NCBI GenBank assembly: GCA_977030845.1
Contig: OZ365109.1
Coordinates: forward strand, 23,498,001 to 23,562,000
Source: Fimbriosthenelais zetlandica
Lineage: Eukaryota
Length of the DNA: 64,000 nucleotides
Direction: 5' to 3'
Shown here: in pieces, positions 60,225 through 64,000 of the stretch
Position numbering within the stretch: position 1 is the stretch's first letter
Layout of the letters: each line of letters starts with the position of its first letter
Made by a program: the position numbers and the translations under genes
The notes under the pieces: generated by a model
Told to the model about the DNA's origin: nothing
Databases searched by the model: none
The model's input: only the letters and a program-made list of their open reading frames with translations

Positions 60225-63185
60225 TTAATAACCACGCCAACGTCTCCTATATAACCCACATGCAACCTGTCTGTATACATTAACTAGGCAAAGTTCTCCT
60301 ATGTCTATACCATGAAAGCATGGAAGATCTTTTGCTATATACCCGCAGCTTTGTCTGCTTTTAGCTCTGGCTGTGCGTGGAGAGCACAACGTATGCCGCA
60401 GCACTATTACCCGCAGGAGCTCTGTCCCAGGCGAATAAGTGAGAGAAGTTAAGAACCAGTAGAAATCGTGAGAACCATCTTGATTTGAGCACTGATACTT
60501 AAGTCCCACAATTCACGCTAATGTGCCTTGACCGTGTACGGGGGTATTTGCCCGCAAAGTGCCCTGCTGAAACCAGTGCAATTCTGGCCTGAGCCGCCTT
60601 ACCTATTATTTCACCATTATGGCACAGTGGGATTTGGCGATGAGCCCAAGTCTTGGTTTTAGTCAACGCCCATAATGTCCGCTCATTTATCACAATGGGA
60701 AAAAGGGCATCAAAAGGATATTTATCACAGATTTGATATGCGCTGCTGCATGGTCCGATGACACGGTACTTATGCATTGTGAATGAGAATTCATCCCGGA
60801 GATGGACTGATTATCAAACCTATCCATTAAAACTGATGAGCTCATCCTTCATTGCACAGGCATTTAAAAGTTCCACACTTGGTGACTTTCTTAGATATTA
60901 TTGCCCAGCTTCAAAAGCTTTTGTAGATGGAAAGTCTGGGATTATTTTTCAGAAGTCTGTGATTATTAGATTTTAGGCTTTTCCTGAAACAAGCAAAATC
61001 CAAATAAGCATTAAAGTATCTTCTTGTTTCGTTTTCAATTAATTCATTTTGTGCAAAGAATACTTGTTTGTATTAGGCCTACACGTTGTGATATTCTAAA
61101 ATGTCAATCTAGGCCCTCTTATGGAAATGGAGTATGTAAGCATTGTTATATAACATTTTTATGTAAGCCAATGGTTATGAAACAGGTCTGAAGAACAAGA
61201 ACCTGACGTCATGGGGGCTGCTCCAAAAGGAAACAGTGAACTGGTCAAGAGTAGACTGTAGAAATAACCCCTATATGAGGTATTATACCATAGGCTGGAT
61301 GATTGCTTTTTAAATATGTGGTGCTCAATCCAGATTTGTTCGAAACGGAATAAAATGACTCCTTGTTTAAGAACATTACTAAGAGGATTCGGTCTTGAAC
61401 TATGGATTATGAGGCATACATAGGAAGGCCTACACCAAGGCGTGTCTGGCTATCGGCTCATGGTGAATGGCAGCACAATATTGCCTTCAAAATAGCATTT
61501 TGCTGGCTCGGAGGTCTGCAAGTACATCAGAGAAGAGAGGTTTGGGAGGTCAGGTAGCGAGGGTGAAGCTTCAAAGGCCAACAGAAAAGCATTAGAACTT
61601 ACATTCACACTTTAAGTGCCTAATTTCCGAGGAGCTATTGGAGGCAAGGGATGATAGGTGCCTCCACGGTAGTCGCTTGATGGCCTTTGGTTGTCCTGGG
61701 CGCTGAAAGGTCATGGTTTCGGAGACCTTACCAAAGGTCGAGTTCGTGTCCCTGCGTCCATTAAAGTGGCTACAGGACGGAGTGACCAGTTGAAGGACTC
61801 TGACAAAGGCTCTCCCACTGTTTCACCAACGTCACTACTGCCCTTCAAGAAGACATAACAACTACTGGCAAATTCACATGTCCTCACGTCACGGAGGGCC
61901 TTGCCCATCAAGGGTCTCTTGTGCGATGATTCACGACTACAAAAGATCAACACAAATGCCTCCAACAATTATAGGCCATTGAGTGGAGGCCATAATGAAG
62001 ATAATGACATTTGCTTAATTGGCAATTTTCCCAGCTCATCAAAGGAGGCTATTTAGGCTCAAAGAATGCAAAGCATTTAGGTATCTACAGGCAAGGGGGA
62101 TTCTTATTTGAAGCAGTCCCTTATTAGAAACAATGTTCTGGGTCTAGTAACTAACCCCCATCAAGGGAATGAAGGTTGTCCCTAAGGTGCAGGACCAATC
62201 TCCAAACTGACGGGGTTTTTTTCACAATGATGCTGGAAGTAACCAGTGAAACAGACAGCAATTCCAGCGTATGGCCTTGCTATACAACATCTGAGGCCCT
62301 TGGGTTTTCGGACACAGGATAAAGACACATTATCCTGATCTCTTGACAAAAGCCCAGCAATGCAGACACTAACCAGATGCTATCTTACACAGCCATTTAG
62401 TAGTGACCCGACTAAATCAGGCTGGCATGGAACATTGTATCTAAATGAAAACAGTATAGCTATAATAAAAAAGGTGGGGAATTAATTTCTGGAGGGTTCC
62501 CAACAAAGGTATGGCTGAGGCGACAATGACCAAATTGAAAATTAAAGAAAGAATTGATTGGACTTGATGCGCACCATCATTGCATTTATTGGACAATGTT
62601 CAAGGCAATCCAGACTCATGTTACATACTGAGAAATCCCATTAAATGGCATAGGCCTAGTTAAATAAACAACATTTTACCACAACTATAGTGGGAATTGG
62701 TTTTTCAGAAAACATCTCTTCCTGTTATTCTATTAACCACATCATGATGGTCAGATCTATTGTCTGGTTACACTATTTTTGACCTGAACCATCAAAGGTT
62801 ATGGGTCGAATCCTTAAAATTTCTTCTCCAAAATAAAATCCTATAAATGGGTGAGGATCTTCTAATTATGGAGAGCAGGTGGTTAAGTGTCCAAGCCGAA
62901 GCTACTAGAAGTTGGGGGCGGAGGGCTAAACGATCCACGATTCATTGAAACAACTAAGGTTTATGTTGCCCCCAATGGCAAACTTCGAGGGCGAGATGGG
63001 TGCCCATATAACTTCAATCGATGACAGTGTAGGGAGCTCCCCTGGTCTCCAAACTGCAATTCATCTGGCTTACTACAAACAGTTGAACAGTAAAACATTA
63101 CCTCGGTAAAACTGCTGTCCCGAATAGGCCTCCCGAAGTATCGAATGGTCTTAACTTTGAAGCACCATTTTCCGGTCGTGCACAT
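60225..63185 (-). pseudogene. Four short minus-strand ORFs with FN3-like C-terminal motifs
   Basis: KWCFKVKTIRYFGRP (62961-63185), CYVFLKGSSDVGETVGEPLS (61711-61968), YPFDALFPIVINERTLWALTK (60499-60777) and FLTSLTYSPGTELLRVIV (60402-60455). The span marks the outer bounds only. Confidence 0.3.
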
Positions 63186-64000
63186 TGGGCTAGATTTGTA
63201 TGCAATTCAATACTTGTACTGGTTTGATATCGGCCTCTCCTATGTGCCTCGGCATGGACATTTTATTAACTCCTTTCCTTTTTAGCTTTCACCAAAGCAG
63301 AGGGGAAAGCTGATTCATCACTTTGAACACATTCAATGATCCCCACTTAGAAAATAAATTGATTTATATGTCCTTGAAAATAACAGATCGTTGATGTATA
63401 GTCCTTGGTATAGACCTATATAATTTACAATTAGTATGCCTATCTTGTGAAAGCCGACGAGCAACATGAAGCAAATGTACAATGCATTTTCAATTTCAAT
63501 TAACTGTAATTTGATCAACTAATTTAGATGCTCAGACGTCCCGCTGGGAAACTTTTAGAATAAAAGGCGCTTCATCCGTCTAAATAGCTTCATATTAGGC
63601 CTCGTTGTTAGAAAAAGCTTCTCTTGTCTCTTCTTTGGTCTTTTTGTTTCCGACCATTAGCAGTCTGGCTGATGAACTTCATTTTGTGAGATCTTTGAAA
63701 GTGATAAGTCGGAATCTATTTTAATATAATATTCAGTAATATTTCACAATAATAGTCCCACAACCGCTATACAGCATTTTACCTACTGCACTCTGTCAGT
63801 AACGACTGCTGTGTTTAATATTTTCTGTATTGTTGAGAAAACTTGTCAAGGGGAATTTTGGAGTCAATGTTATAAATTTTTACTGGGCAAGGACAGATGG
63901 CTGCGTAGGCCCTATATGCTTACAAGGCCATTCCACGAGAAGGGATTATGTACAGGTCGTCGAAGGTGATGGAGACATCCAGTTACAAACATTTTGTTGA

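Overview
AT-rich (roughly 40% GC by eye) metazoan-type genomic DNA; an invertebrate source is a weak inference. There is no intact multi-exon gene and no long ORF with a recognisable product. Firm features: one apparently functional tRNA-Asp(GTC) at 32007-32078, a family of ~60-75 bp hairpin MITEs often flanked by CWG (PIF/Harbinger-like), a 168-bp foldback element with a perfect CAG duplication, and a 754-bp TIR element packed with CCGAYA motifs. There is also a plausible signal-peptide first exon on the minus strand (14215-14317) and two promoter-like motif clusters. The most unusual pattern is many short, stop- and frameshift-ridden reading-frame segments across the whole window, on both strands, that resemble fibronectin type III (FN3) repeats, some titin-like. 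These were recognised by eye against a degenerate consensus, so over-matching is a real risk and an HMM search is needed. No prokaryotic genes, CRISPR arrays, rRNA or convincing RT/transposase ORFs were seen.
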